A DNA stretch of 64,000 bases, taken from NCBI GenBank assembly GCA_963707985.1, contig CAVPRW010000014.1, forward strand, positions 1-64,000, given 5' to 3'. The DNA is from an uncultured Nitrospinota bacterium. GTDB lineage: Bacteria > Tectomicrobia > Entotheonellia > J063 > CAVPRW01. A program made the translations under genes and the position numbers. Positions 1-10,078 of the stretch are shown here, in pieces. The notes beneath the pieces are model-generated. The model was not told the origin of the DNA. It saw only the letters and a program-made list of their open reading frames with translations, and searched no databases. Within the stretch, counting starts at the first letter, position 1; each line of letters starts with the position of its first letter.

Positions 1-954
1 TCTGGCCTCGGGGGCATCGGCCAGGCCTTTGCTCAGCTCCGCTACGAGAATTACGCGTTGCTCACCGGCTACCGCCAGCTCGTCAATCAGGGCTTTGTTA
101 ACCCGCAGGACAACCGCATGATCCCCAACGCCTTTGAGGGCGCCACCCTGACGGGCGCGTTCGGCCCAATGGAGTACTACCTCGGCTACCTGACCGCGAT
201 GAAGCGGCGGAACGTCGACACCTTCGACAATATGGCCACGGTCGCCGGGGTCACAACCGGGCAGAACCGCGGACTGGTCCTGACCAGCCTGAACTTCACT
301 GCCGCTCAGGGACCGGCAAGCTTTGCGCCGCTCAAGGGATTGGAGGTCTATCTCGGGAACTACTACGTGCCGGACGTCTTCAACACCCTGTATCTGAACC
401 CGGAGTATCGGCTCAAGCTCACCGACGACTGGCGCCTCCAGTTTGGCATCCAGTACTTTGACCAGCGGAGCGTGGGCGGCGAGTTTCTGGGGGACTTCTC
501 GACGTGGCAAGTGGGCTCCCGCATTGAGGTGGGCTGGCGCGGGCTCGGATTCTTGGCGATGATGTCGGCCACGGGGTCTGACGCCGGCATTCGCTCGCCG
601 TATGGTGCCTGGCCCGGCTATATCTCGCTGCTCGAAACCGACTTCAACCTGGCCAACGAAAAGGCCTGGGAAGCCGGAGTCACCTTTGACTGGGGCGGGT
701 CGACCTTCGAATCCGTGAAGGTCCCTGGGCTCTGGACCTCGCTCCTCTACGCCGAAGGCTTCGACATCAAGGCCCAAGCGCAGGACGTCCCAGTGGGCAA
801 GCGACGGGAGCTCGATCTCTTCACCGTCTTTCGCCCCCCGCAGCTGCCCGGTTTCCGTTTCCGCTTCCTCAGCTCCATTATTCAGCAGGAGGGCAACAGC
901 CAGATCTTCTACGACTTCCGGATCATCCTGGACTACGATCTTCCACTCTTCTAA
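1..954 (+). CDS. OprD-family outer-membrane porin (5' end outside window)
   Basis: Frame is open from base 1. GYRQ..PQDNRMIPNAFEG motif, beta-barrel-like alternation and a C-terminal aromatic residue (YDLPLF). Confidence 0.7.
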   Translation, partial: SGLGGIGQAFAQLRYENYALLTGYRQLVNQGFVNPQDNRMIPNAFEGATLTGAFGPMEYYLGYLTAMKRRNVDTFDNMATVAGVTTGQNRGLVLTSLNFTAAQGPASFAPLKGLEVYLGNYYVPDVFNTLYLNPEYRLKLTDDWRLQFGIQYFDQRSVGGEFLGDFSTWQVGSRIEVGWRGLGFLAMMSATGSDAGIRSPYGAWPGYISLLETDFNLANEKAWEAGVTFDWGGSTFESVKVPGLWTSLLYAEGFDIKAQAQDVPVGKRRELDLFTVFRPPQLPGFRFRFLSSIIQQEGNSQIFYDFRIILDYDLPLF

Positions 955-1078
955 CCGTCTGCGAAGCCCTCGGCGGATCATCATCGTATGAGAAGGGCAC
1001 CCAGCATGACGATGTCACAACGGATAGTGATAGGCTCGAAGGTTGCGTCTCCCTGTTCAGGTATTGAGGAGGACACTC

Positions 1079-2578
1079 ATGGACATCATCCTGGAAACCG
1101 CATCCCCAGAACAGCTCCGGACGGACGTGCTCGTCGTCGGCGCCTTCGCCGATGGTCCTCTCCCCCCTTGCACACGGACGATCGACGAGGTCTCGAAGGG
1201 AAAACTAGCCGCGCTCATCAAGCGGGGCGACCTCGAGGCGAAGGCGGGCGCCTCGCTGCTGCTGTATGACCCACCCGGCGCCGCAGCGGAGCGAGTCTTG
1301 CTGGTCAGTCTCGGGGCCCGCGACCGGTTCGACGACCAGGCATTCCGCAACGCGCTCGGCGGCGCGGCCAAGGCTCTCGCCGGTGGCCCGGCCAAGAACG
1401 CGGCGGTGACGCTCGCCGAGATCGATTTGCCCGGCCGTTCGCTGGCCTGGCGACTAGAGCAGGCGAGTTGCGTGCTCGCCGATAGCGCCTACAGATACGA
1501 CGCCCCCGGCACGGGAAGGGCGTCGCCACAGGATCGCGGCGTGCGCACCATCAGCCTGCTGGTCGCGGACAAGGCCAACCCGGAGCTCGAGCGTGCCGTG
1601 CGTCGCGGTCAGGCAGTGGCCGAGGGTATGGCCCTCACGAAGGATCTCGGCAACCTCGGGGGCAACGTCTGCAACCCGGCCTATCTGGCCCAAACCGCGC
1701 AGGCGCTGGGCCAGGAGTTCAAATTCGCGGTCGACGTGCTCGAGCGCGACGACATGGAGAAGCTCGGCATGGGCTCGGCTCTGTCAGTGGGCCGTGCGTC
1801 GTATAATCCCTGCAAGTTCATCGTCATGCACTACCGCGGCGGCGAGGCGACGGCCAAGCCCATCGTGCTGGTCGGTAAGGGCCTCACCTTCGACACCGGC
1901 GGCATCTCGCTCAAACCGGGCGCCGATCTGGACGAGATGAAATACGACATGAGCGGGGGCGGGGCCGTGCTCGGCGTGTTCAAGACCATCGCCCGCCTGG
2001 CGTTACCGATCAACGTCATCGGCATCGTTCCAGCGGTCGAGAACATGCCCGGCGGCAACGCCTGTCGGCCGGGCGACGTCGTCACTTCGATGTCCGGTCA
2101 GACCATCGAGATTCTCAACACCGATGCCGAAGGCCGCCTTGTGCTGTGCGACGCCCTGACCTACGCCGAGCGCTTCGCACCGGCCTGCGTCATCGACATC
2201 GCCACCCTCACCGGCGCCTGCGTGATTGCGCTCGGTAGTTTCGCCAGCGGTCTCTTCGCCAACGACGACGCCCTCGCCACTGAACTGTTGGCGTGCGGTG
2301 CCGACTCGGGCGATCGCGCCTGGCAGCTGCCGCTGTGGGACGACTACCAGGTGCAGCTCAAGAGCAACTTCGCCGACATGAGCAATCTCGGTGGGCGCCC
2401 CGCCGGTGCGGTCACCGCGGCCTGCTTCCTCGCTCGCTTCACCAAGGCGTACAAGTGGGCACACCTGGACATCGCCGGGACCGCCTCGGTATCGGGCGAC
2501 GCCAAGGGGGCCACCGGTCGTCCCGTCCCGCTGCTGTCGGAGTTCCTGATCCGGCGGGCCGGCGCCAAGGCGGGCTGA
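1079..2578 (+). CDS. pepA: Leucyl aminopeptidase (M17)
   Basis: VGKGLTFDTGGISLK, MKYDMSG, NTDAEGRL and WAHLDIAG motifs. RBS GAGGAGG lies before ATG 1079. Confidence 0.95.
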   Translation: MDIILETASPEQLRTDVLVVGAFADGPLPPCTRTIDEVSKGKLAALIKRGDLEAKAGASLLLYDPPGAAAERVLLVSLGARDRFDDQAFRNALGGAAKALAGGPAKNAAVTLAEIDLPGRSLAWRLEQASCVLADSAYRYDAPGTGRASPQDRGVRTISLLVADKANPELERAVRRGQAVAEGMALTKDLGNLGGNVCNPAYLAQTAQALGQEFKFAVDVLERDDMEKLGMGSALSVGRASYNPCKFIVMHYRGGEATAKPIVLVGKGLTFDTGGISLKPGADLDEMKYDMSGGGAVLGVFKTIARLALPINVIGIVPAVENMPGGNACRPGDVVTSMSGQTIEILNTDAEGRLVLCDALTYAERFAPACVIDIATLTGACVIALGSFASGLFANDDALATELLACGADSGDRAWQLPLWDDYQVQLKSNFADMSNLGGRPAGAVTAACFLARFTKAYKWAHLDIAGTASVSGDAKGATGRPVPLLSEFLIRRAGAKAG

Positions 2579-2653
2579 GGGGGAGTCGACGTACACCCTG
2601 CCATTGCTCTGAGAGGAAATCGGCGATGCCTAGGTCTACTGGTTGGACAACAC

Positions 2654-4486
2654 ATGACGACTGATCTTGTGGTGGTACTCGTTCTGCTCGCGGCCGCGAT
2701 CGCGATGTTCGCGATCAACAAGCCCCGCATGGACGCCGTTGCGCTGATCATGCTGACGGCGCTGCCCTTCACCGGCGTGATCAGCATGGGCGAGGCGCTG
2801 GCTGGCTTCAGCGATGCCAACATCGTCCTGATCGGAGCCTTGTTCGTCATCGGCGATGGCCTGGTACGGACGGGTGTAGCCCAACGGCTCGGCGACTGGC
2901 TTATCAAGAAGGCTGGCAGCAGTGAGACCCGGCTGCTCGCGTTGCTCATGGTAGCCGTGGCTGGGCTCGGCGCTTTCATGAGCTCAACAGGGGTCATTGC
3001 GATTTTCATTCCGGTGGCGCTGCGCATCGCCCAGAACACCGGCTTGGCGCCGAGGCGGCTCATGATGCCGCTTTCCGTCGCGGCCCTGATCAGCGGCATG
3101 ATGACCCTGGTCGCAACGGCGCCGAACCTCGTCGTCAACAGCGAGCTCGTCCGTTATGGCGCGGACGGGTTTCATTTCTTTAGCTTTACGCCGTTCGGCG
3201 TGCCGGTGCTGATTTTGGGCATCATCTATATGCTTTTCACGCGCCGCTGGCTCACTGTCACGTATCAGAAAGAGGCCGACGGCACCCGACAGCCGAGCCT
3301 CCGCGACTGGATCGAGACGTACAAGCTTGCGGACCGCGAATATCGGCTCCGCGTGACGGAACGGTCGCCGCTCGTGGGCAAAACCCTGGCAGAGCTCGAC
3401 CTACGAGGCTCCTCCGGTGCCGACATCGTCGCCATCGAGCGTAACCGGAGGTTCTCCAGAGACGTCATCGGTGCCACAAAGAAGACCGAGCTACAAGTCA
3501 ACGACATCCTGCTCGTCGACCTGTTTGTGCCGACGATCGACATCGAAGCGCTCCGGCAACGATTGGCGCTGGAGGCGTTGCCGCTCACCGGTGCATACTT
3601 CAGCGACCGCTCGCAGGAGATCGGCATGGCAGAGGTCATGGTCGCCGCCGACTCCGAGCTCGTCGGCAAGACGATTATTGACGTCCAGTTCCGTAGTCGC
3701 TATCGGCTCACCGTAATCGGTCTGCGCCACGGCAGCGTTGCGGTCGAGCGCGGGCTTCTGCACACGCCACTGCGCATCGGCGACACGTTGCTGCTGATCG
3801 GCCCCTGGAAGGACATCGAGCAGCTGCGGTCCGACTCGACCAATCTGCTCATCCTCAACCTCCCGGCCGAGCTTGAGGAAGTGCTTCCGGTGGCCGGCAG
3901 GGCACCTCAGGCGCTCCTCTGCCTGGTGCTCATGGTGGGTCTGATGGTCAGCGGCCTCGTGCCGAACGTGCAGGCCGCCCTCATCGCCTGTCTGCTGATG
4001 GGAGCCCTGGGCTGCGTCGACCTGGAGAGCGCCTATCGCTCGATCCACTGGAAAAGCCTGGTGCTGATCGTCGGGATGCTCCCCTTTTCCCTTGCTCTGC
4101 AGCGAACCGGTGGCGTTGAACTGGCGGCCGATGCGCTACGGGCCCTCACCGGCGGTGCGGGCACCTATGCAGTGCTCGGCAGCCTCTTTGTCGTCACCAC
4201 CTTGCTTGGGCTCTTCATCTCCAACACCGCTACCGCCGTGTTGATGGCCCCAGTCGCTCTGGCGATCGCCGACGACTTGCAGGCGTCGCGCTACCCCTTC
4301 GCGATGATCGTGGCACTTGCCGCATCCACGGCATTCATGACCCCGATCTCGTCGCCGGTGAACACGCTGGTGGTCGCCCCGGGCAACTATACCTTCGGCG
4401 ACTTTGTACGCATCGGTGTGCCCTTCTCGGTGATCGTCGCGGTCGTTAGCGTCATCCTAGTGCCCTGGCTGCTGCCGCTCCACTAG
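2654..4486 (+). CDS. SLC13/CitMHS-type permease with two TrkA-C (RCK_C) domains
   Basis: Hydrophobic N- and C-terminal halves around a soluble repeat; SNTATAVLMAP and FMTPISSPVNTLV..PGNYTF motifs. Confidence 0.88.
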   Translation: MTTDLVVVLVLLAAAIAMFAINKPRMDAVALIMLTALPFTGVISMGEALAGFSDANIVLIGALFVIGDGLVRTGVAQRLGDWLIKKAGSSETRLLALLMVAVAGLGAFMSSTGVIAIFIPVALRIAQNTGLAPRRLMMPLSVAALISGMMTLVATAPNLVVNSELVRYGADGFHFFSFTPFGVPVLILGIIYMLFTRRWLTVTYQKEADGTRQPSLRDWIETYKLADREYRLRVTERSPLVGKTLAELDLRGSSGADIVAIERNRRFSRDVIGATKKTELQVNDILLVDLFVPTIDIEALRQRLALEALPLTGAYFSDRSQEIGMAEVMVAADSELVGKTIIDVQFRSRYRLTVIGLRHGSVAVERGLLHTPLRIGDTLLLIGPWKDIEQLRSDSTNLLILNLPAELEEVLPVAGRAPQALLCLVLMVGLMVSGLVPNVQAALIACLLMGALGCVDLESAYRSIHWKSLVLIVGMLPFSLALQRTGGVELAADALRALTGGAGTYAVLGSLFVVTTLLGLFISNTATAVLMAPVALAIADDLQASRYPFAMIVALAASTAFMTPISSPVNTLVVAPGNYTFGDFVRIGVPFSVIVAVVSVILVPWLLPLH

Positions 4487-4810
4487 CGTGCAATCGGGTT
4501 CGTCAGACGGGAAGCTCATGCCCCTTGCGGGTCGACCGAGCCCAGCTCGATGCTCTGACTGATTGGGATCCGGGCCAGGCAACCGACCTGTCCACCAAGC
4601 GGGGCTCGCTGCACGTGAGCACCAAAGATCTGGCGGGAATGGGCGCAGAAGCAGTTCCACTCCCGCGGTCTGCTTGCCGTAGGCAAGAGATGCCTGTCCG
4701 AGTTGGGACATGAACTGGAGCAGTAAATTCGTGTCGATGTGAGCCGCTGGCACACCTTGTCGTCCTGCCGCCGACGCGGGTGTCCTGGGAAATGTCAGCA
4801 AAATTCATCA

Positions 4811-4840
4811 TTGACACGTACGAGCCTGGTAGCATATAAA
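4811..4840 (+). promoter_or_regulatory. Putative sigma70 promoter upstream of the second aminopeptidase
   Basis: TTGACA (4811-4816), 18-nt spacer, TATAAA (4835-4840) in an intergenic region. Confidence 0.45.
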
Positions 4841-5135
4841 TGCCGTCAATGCCACCCGACGGTGCCGCGCCCGAAGGGATTCCCGAGGGCGGGGTGGGTC
4901 GGAGCGGTTCTCCAGTGGGAGCAGCTGCGGGTGGGGGCCTATGGGCCTGATGCGACGAGGTTAGTTTCATGGCCACATGGGTCGCCGCTCCGCCGCCCAT
5001 CCGGCCTCCACACCGTAGACGCGTCCCGGGGCGGGCGGGGATGGACGCGGTGTCACGGTTCCCGGCCGGCGGGTGCTTGCCAGCCGGGGTGCTTGGGCGA
5101 GCTTCCCGATCGGGGGCTCGCAAGGAGGGCCTGCT

Positions 5136-6677
5136 ATGACTGCCGTCACGAGGGCCGGTGCCGAAGTCAACATCACACCGTCGATCCAGCGATCCGCCGC
5201 GGTGACGATCAGAGTGTCCACGTCTGTGCCGACGGGGGTCGGCTGGGTTGGGGTGCCTGTCGGGGTCGACGGTGCCGTGCCCGGCCAGCTCGGCCTGAAC
5301 CGGGCCACATTGGTGGCGTTGGGGTTCGATGGCCAGGTGGGGCAGACCCTGGTGGTGCCGCGACCTGACGGCCCACCTGTCGTGGCAGTCGGCATCGGGG
5401 TCCCGGCAGAGCTCAATGAGTCCCGCTTGCGGGAGGCGTCCGCGGCGTATGCGCGCGCGGCAAGCGCGTCAGCCCAGCTGATCACGACGCTGGCGGACGT
5501 GGGGCATGTGCCGCCGGCTGCGGCCGGGCAAGTGGTCGTCGAGGGGGTATTGCTAGCCCGCTACCACTACGACGCGTTCAAGCCGGAGGCGTCCGGTCCC
5601 CCGCTGACGGTGCTCACGCTGGTCGTGGCGGCCGAGCGGGTCGAGGCGGTGACCCAGGGGGCCGATCGAGGCCGGCAATTGGCCGCGGCCGCCCAACTCG
5701 CCCGCGACCTCGTCAACACGCCGCCGGCGTACCTGACCGCCAGACGGATGGCCGAGGTGGCGACCGGCATTGCCGCCGACCGGGGGCTCAGCATCGAGGT
5801 GTTCGATAAAGAGGCGTTGCTCCATCTTGGTTGCGGGGGTCTGCTGGGGGTCAATGCCGGCAGCGTCGAGCCGCCGCGCATGATCAAGCTGACCTATCGG
5901 CCGACGGGGGCCGGTGGCAGGCCAATCCAGGCAAACGGGCACCTCGCCCTGGTGGGGAAAGGCATCACGTACGACTCGGGCGGGATCAACCTGAAGCCGG
6001 GTGATTCCATGCACGGCCTGATGAAGATGGACATGTCGGGTGCGGCCGCCGTGCTGGCGGCGATGTCCGCCCTGGCCGGACTCGGGTGCCAGACGACGGT
6101 CACCGGCTATCTGATGTGTACCGACAACATGCCGTCGGGGTCGGCGCAGAAGATGGGCGACGTGCTTACCATCCGCGGCGGGAAGACGGTCGAAGTCCTC
6201 AACACCGACGCCGAGGGTCGGCTAGTCATGGCGGACGCACTTGTGCTGGCGGTCGAAGAGCACCCTGATGCCATCGTGAACATCGCTACCCTCACGGGGG
6301 CGTGTTTACGGGCACTCGGTGACCAGATTGCTGGCCTGTTCAGCAACCACCAGCGTTTTGCCGACCAAATTGTAGGGGCGTCGCACCGCACCGACGAGTC
6401 GGTATGGCAGTTACCGTTAGACAAGCGTTACCGCAAACAAATCGACTCTCCCATTGCAGACCTGAAGAACATGGGCGGCGAGCACCCTGGGGCGATCACC
6501 GCCGCGCTGTTCCTGGCTGAGTTTGTCGGCACCGTGCCGTGGGCGCACCTCGATATCTGCGGTCCGATGTACTCCGAGGCGGACGAGTCGTGGCGCCCCA
6601 AGGGCGCGACCGGCTTCGGTACCCGGCTGCTCATCGACCTCGCACTGCAGTTCACCCCGCCCGTATCCTCAAGCTGA
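5136..6677 (+). CDS. pepA: Second leucyl aminopeptidase (M17), divergent paralog
   Basis: VGKGITYDSGG, MKMDMSG, NTDAEGRL and WAHLDICG motifs. RBS AAGGAGG lies before ATG 5136. Confidence 0.92.
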   Translation: MTAVTRAGAEVNITPSIQRSAAVTIRVSTSVPTGVGWVGVPVGVDGAVPGQLGLNRATLVALGFDGQVGQTLVVPRPDGPPVVAVGIGVPAELNESRLREASAAYARAASASAQLITTLADVGHVPPAAAGQVVVEGVLLARYHYDAFKPEASGPPLTVLTLVVAAERVEAVTQGADRGRQLAAAAQLARDLVNTPPAYLTARRMAEVATGIAADRGLSIEVFDKEALLHLGCGGLLGVNAGSVEPPRMIKLTYRPTGAGGRPIQANGHLALVGKGITYDSGGINLKPGDSMHGLMKMDMSGAAAVLAAMSALAGLGCQTTVTGYLMCTDNMPSGSAQKMGDVLTIRGGKTVEVLNTDAEGRLVMADALVLAVEEHPDAIVNIATLTGACLRALGDQIAGLFSNHQRFADQIVGASHRTDESVWQLPLDKRYRKQIDSPIADLKNMGGEHPGAITAALFLAEFVGTVPWAHLDICGPMYSEADESWRPKGATGFGTRLLIDLALQFTPPVSSS

Positions 6678-6853
6678 ATGAGGAAGCAGGAACACACCGG
6701 GCCCATCCTTGACCAGCGTGGAGAATTAGACTGAAATCAGCACCAAGTACATCCGCGGCCTAGCTGTATGAGGCCTTCTATATATACCAGTGCCCATGAA
6801 CGTCCACGACGAAGACGCAGTGCCCTTGAGGCCCTTGAAAAGAGGAGGAAGCT

Positions 6854-7237
6854 TTGATGCGACGCTCGATGTTCCTGCTGCTCGTGGCCGTCGGCTTGTG
6901 GCTTCTGCCGGCCGAAGCGGTGACAAGTGACGACTTTTTGATGCAGAACACACAGGATCTGGTAGACCTATGTTCCGTGAAGCCGGGTGAGCCGCTTTAT
7001 GATGCAGCCATGGGATATTGTTTTGGCTACACGATGGGGGCTTTTCAATACTATCAGGCATACACGGGCAACATATCGCAGGACGCCTTTGTCTGCATGC
7101 CTGAGCCAACTCCGGCACGGGCGGATATCATACAATGGTTCTTGGCCTGGGCTCGAGACAATCCGAGCTATATGACTGAACGGCCGGTGGACGGTTTTTT
7201 CCGGTTCTTGATGGCCACCTGGCCATGTCGACGGTAG
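6854..7237 (+). CDS. Secreted Cys-containing protein, Rap1a/Tai-family-like
   Basis: Signal peptide; DLVDLC...GYCFGY...VCMP...WPC pattern; RBS GAGGAGG. Confidence 0.65.
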   Translation: MMRRSMFLLLVAVGLWLLPAEAVTSDDFLMQNTQDLVDLCSVKPGEPLYDAAMGYCFGYTMGAFQYYQAYTGNISQDAFVCMPEPTPARADIIQWFLAWARDNPSYMTERPVDGFFRFLMATWPCRR

Positions 7238-7316
7238 CCTGTTGGGATGGGCGACGTAGGCGTGAAGGAGCACTGGCGGCACGAGCACACAGCGAGCACA
7301 CAGAAAGGAGACCCCG

Positions 7317-7616
7317 TTGCGATATCTCATGCGTATCTTGCTAGCAGGGCTTGTAGCAAGCACGGTTGCCATCGGCGGCTGTGCCGGCCTGAGTGAAACC
7401 GAGCAGCGCACTCTCACGGGTGGGGCCGCTGGGGCCGCCGGTGGGGCAGTCATCGGGGCGCTCGCCGGCAATGCCGGATTGGGCGCGGCCATTGGAGGTG
7501 GAGCAGGCTTGGCGGGTGGGTTCCTCTTCGGGAGGCATGAAGAGTCCAGGCGGGCTGCATACCAGCAGGGCGTGGCAGATGGCATGCGACAAGCCCAGCA
7601 GTCTGGCGCCCGCTGA
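7317..7616 (+). CDS. Glycine-zipper lipoprotein
   Basis: Lipobox-like IGGC followed by GAAGAAGGAVIGALAG and GLGAAIGGGAGLAGG zipper repeats. Confidence 0.8.
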   Translation: MRYLMRILLAGLVASTVAIGGCAGLSETEQRTLTGGAAGAAGGAVIGALAGNAGLGAAIGGGAGLAGGFLFGRHEESRRAAYQQGVADGMRQAQQSGAR

Positions 7617-7840
7617 CGCGACCGCGAGGCGAAGGTAGCTCACCGCGAGTCGCCGTGCATGCCGCCTCGCCCAATGGAGGGTCACGTATCCAACTGTCAG
7701 CTCACCCTGTACACCGATGATAGCGGTGATGAAACCGGGACACACGTCGCCACCTTGGAGAAGGACTCCCGACGCATCGAGCACCTGGGCTTGACGCACG
7801 CTGGGTCAGTCCTCTGACGATCCGGGAGGAGAATGCTCAC

Positions 7841-9578
7841 ATGCGCATCTGGAACCTGCGGCGTGGCGACGCCGACGACAACCGGACGAGTCCGGAGGGT
7901 CGCGGTTTACGGGGCCTCCTCCTCTCAGCCGTGCTGGAATTCAACTATCTGCAGGCGGCGATCGGTTTTCTGGCGCTTGTCATCGGACCAGCTCTGCTGG
8001 TCGGCATTATGCCGTCGGTGGTGGTCACCTATGGCCGCCTGACGATCCAGACCGCGATGTCGGCCGGGGACAGTCTGATCGTCGCGCTCGTCCTGTTGGT
8101 GGTGCTGGGGGCAGCAGCGCTCTGGATCGGCCGGCCGCTCTTGGCCATGGCGCTCGACAACTTTTGGCATCTGCATTATACCTTGGTGTTTCCGCTCTTC
8201 GTGGCACTCCGCGAGGTTCTGCGGGTGCTGGCTGAAGGTTACGGGGCCGATCACCCTTCCGGACCAGCTCGATCGAGGACGCCGGATCGGTACCGTTCTG
8301 GCCGCCCTGTTCTTCGCTGGCGGGGGACTGACACTGGCCTTTTCGTCGAGATTTCATTCGGCCTCCAGCTTGTCGATGTCGAGCACGTCCGTGTGTGGGC
8401 CGTGGTCCAGGCAGCATTGGGCAACGCAGCGGTGGTCCTGGGACTGTCTACGACCGTCGAGAGCCTGTATTGGATTGGGCGTGAGCTCGACGCTCAGGGG
8501 CCCGGCTCGCAACTGGGTGCCACCCCCGTCGAATGCCAACGCGTCAGTCGTGCACGTTGCGCACCTGTCGGATCTACATGTGGTCGGCGAGCGCTACGGC
8601 TATCGTATGGAGGCGGGGACGCGCGGCCCACGCGGCAACCGGTGCATTCGTCACGCCTGGCGTAAGCTCGCCGCGATCCATGCGTTGACGCCCGTGGATC
8701 GGGTCTTCATGACCGGCGATATCACGGATGCTGGGACGCGCGCCGAATGGGCGGAGTTCATTGATCTGCTCCGAGGCTGTCCCGAGTTGCGAGCACGGAT
8801 GTCGTTCGTGCCTGGCAACCACGATGTGAATATCGTCGACCGCACCAACCCAGCGCGTTTCGATCTGCCCTGGAGCCTGGGCCAGTCGCTCCGCAAGCTC
8901 CGCGTCGTGCTGGCGCTCGACACCATCCAGGGTGGGCGCACCCACGTGGTTGACCACGTCTCCGGCGCAGTCGGACCATTGCTCAGGGACTACCTGCGCG
9001 AAGGTGACCGCGCCGTGCGGCTACGTGCACTGGCGCAACGCGGCACGGTGCGGGGACGCAGGGAGATGACAAAAGTTTGGGACGCGATCTTTCCATTGGT
9101 CGAACTCCCGCAAGCGGATGAGGGATACGGGGTCATCCTCCTCAACTCGAATGCCCGCAGTCACTTCGCGCTCACTAACGCCATTGGCGTTGTCGATCCG
9201 TCGCAGCTCAAGGCGCTGAAGTTGGTCCTCCAAAATCATCCCCATCACGCCTGGATCATCCTACTCCATCATCACGTCGTCGAGCATCCGGGGGATACGA
9301 TCAGTCTGCACGAGCGCATTGGTCTCGCACTGGTCAATGCCCCAGACGTCCTGGACGTGCTCGCGCCCCACGCCTCGCGTATCCTCGTGCTCCACGGCCA
9401 TCGGCATCGGGATTGGATCGGGGCCTATGGCGATGTGATGCTGTGCTCCGCGCCATCGGTGGCTTTAGGCGCCGATGCTGCGGATAAGTATCGGGGGAGC
9501 TTTCATGTGCACGAACTCGCCTTCGACGCTGGTGGAGGTGTGCAACTGACCAAAACGGAGCGTGTAAAAGTTGTGTAG
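7841..9578 (+). pseudogene. Membrane-anchored metallophosphoesterase, frameshifted
   Basis: Transmembrane segments in ORF 7841-8665 and calcineurin-like motifs (HLSDLH, TGDITD, PGNHD, LHHH, LHGHRH) in overlapping ORF 8370-9578. Frameshifts lie at about 8245-8490. Confidence 0.75.
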
Positions 9579-9701
9579 CCGTGAGAGCATGTGTGCTCTG
9601 CTCAGCTGGTTGCAACGAAGTCAAAGTCCACCAGCCAACGGTAATGGCGCTTAACACCAGCAGCTTTCCTCTCCGACACCCGATCCGGAGGCCTGAAGGT
9701 T

Positions 9702-10052
9702 ATGGCAACTCAAGCGGTTTCGCCTGCAAGCGCAGAGGCAGAAGTGCGGGACTCGTGGGTCCCGATGATCGTCATCGCCATGGGCCAGATGCTGATGTCA
9801 TTCAATGTCGCAGCGATTCCGGTCTCCATGGGTGGGATGGTCGCCAGCTTCAACACCCCTCCCACCACCGTGGGGACGGCGGCGGAGGCGGTCCGCATCA
9901 ATACGGAGTCACGCCTCCGGGCGCTCAAGATCGGCTTTCTGGTGCTGTCGGGTCTGGCTCTGCTCGCGCTCATTCCTTGCGGCTGGCTGCCCGATTACAG
10001 GCCCGGCGAAATACCCAGCGGTCCCCCCTCGGGGAAAGAGGATCGCAGCTAA
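9702..10052 (+). pseudogene. MFS transporter with large in-frame internal deletion
   Basis: An MFS-like N-terminus (SWVPMIVIAMGQMLMSFNVAA...TTVGTA) is joined directly to a C-terminal helix (RLRALKIGFLVLSGLALLA) in only 116 aa. Confidence 0.65.
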
Positions 10053-10078
10053 CCTCGATCCTGGGGTGATGACGCGCG

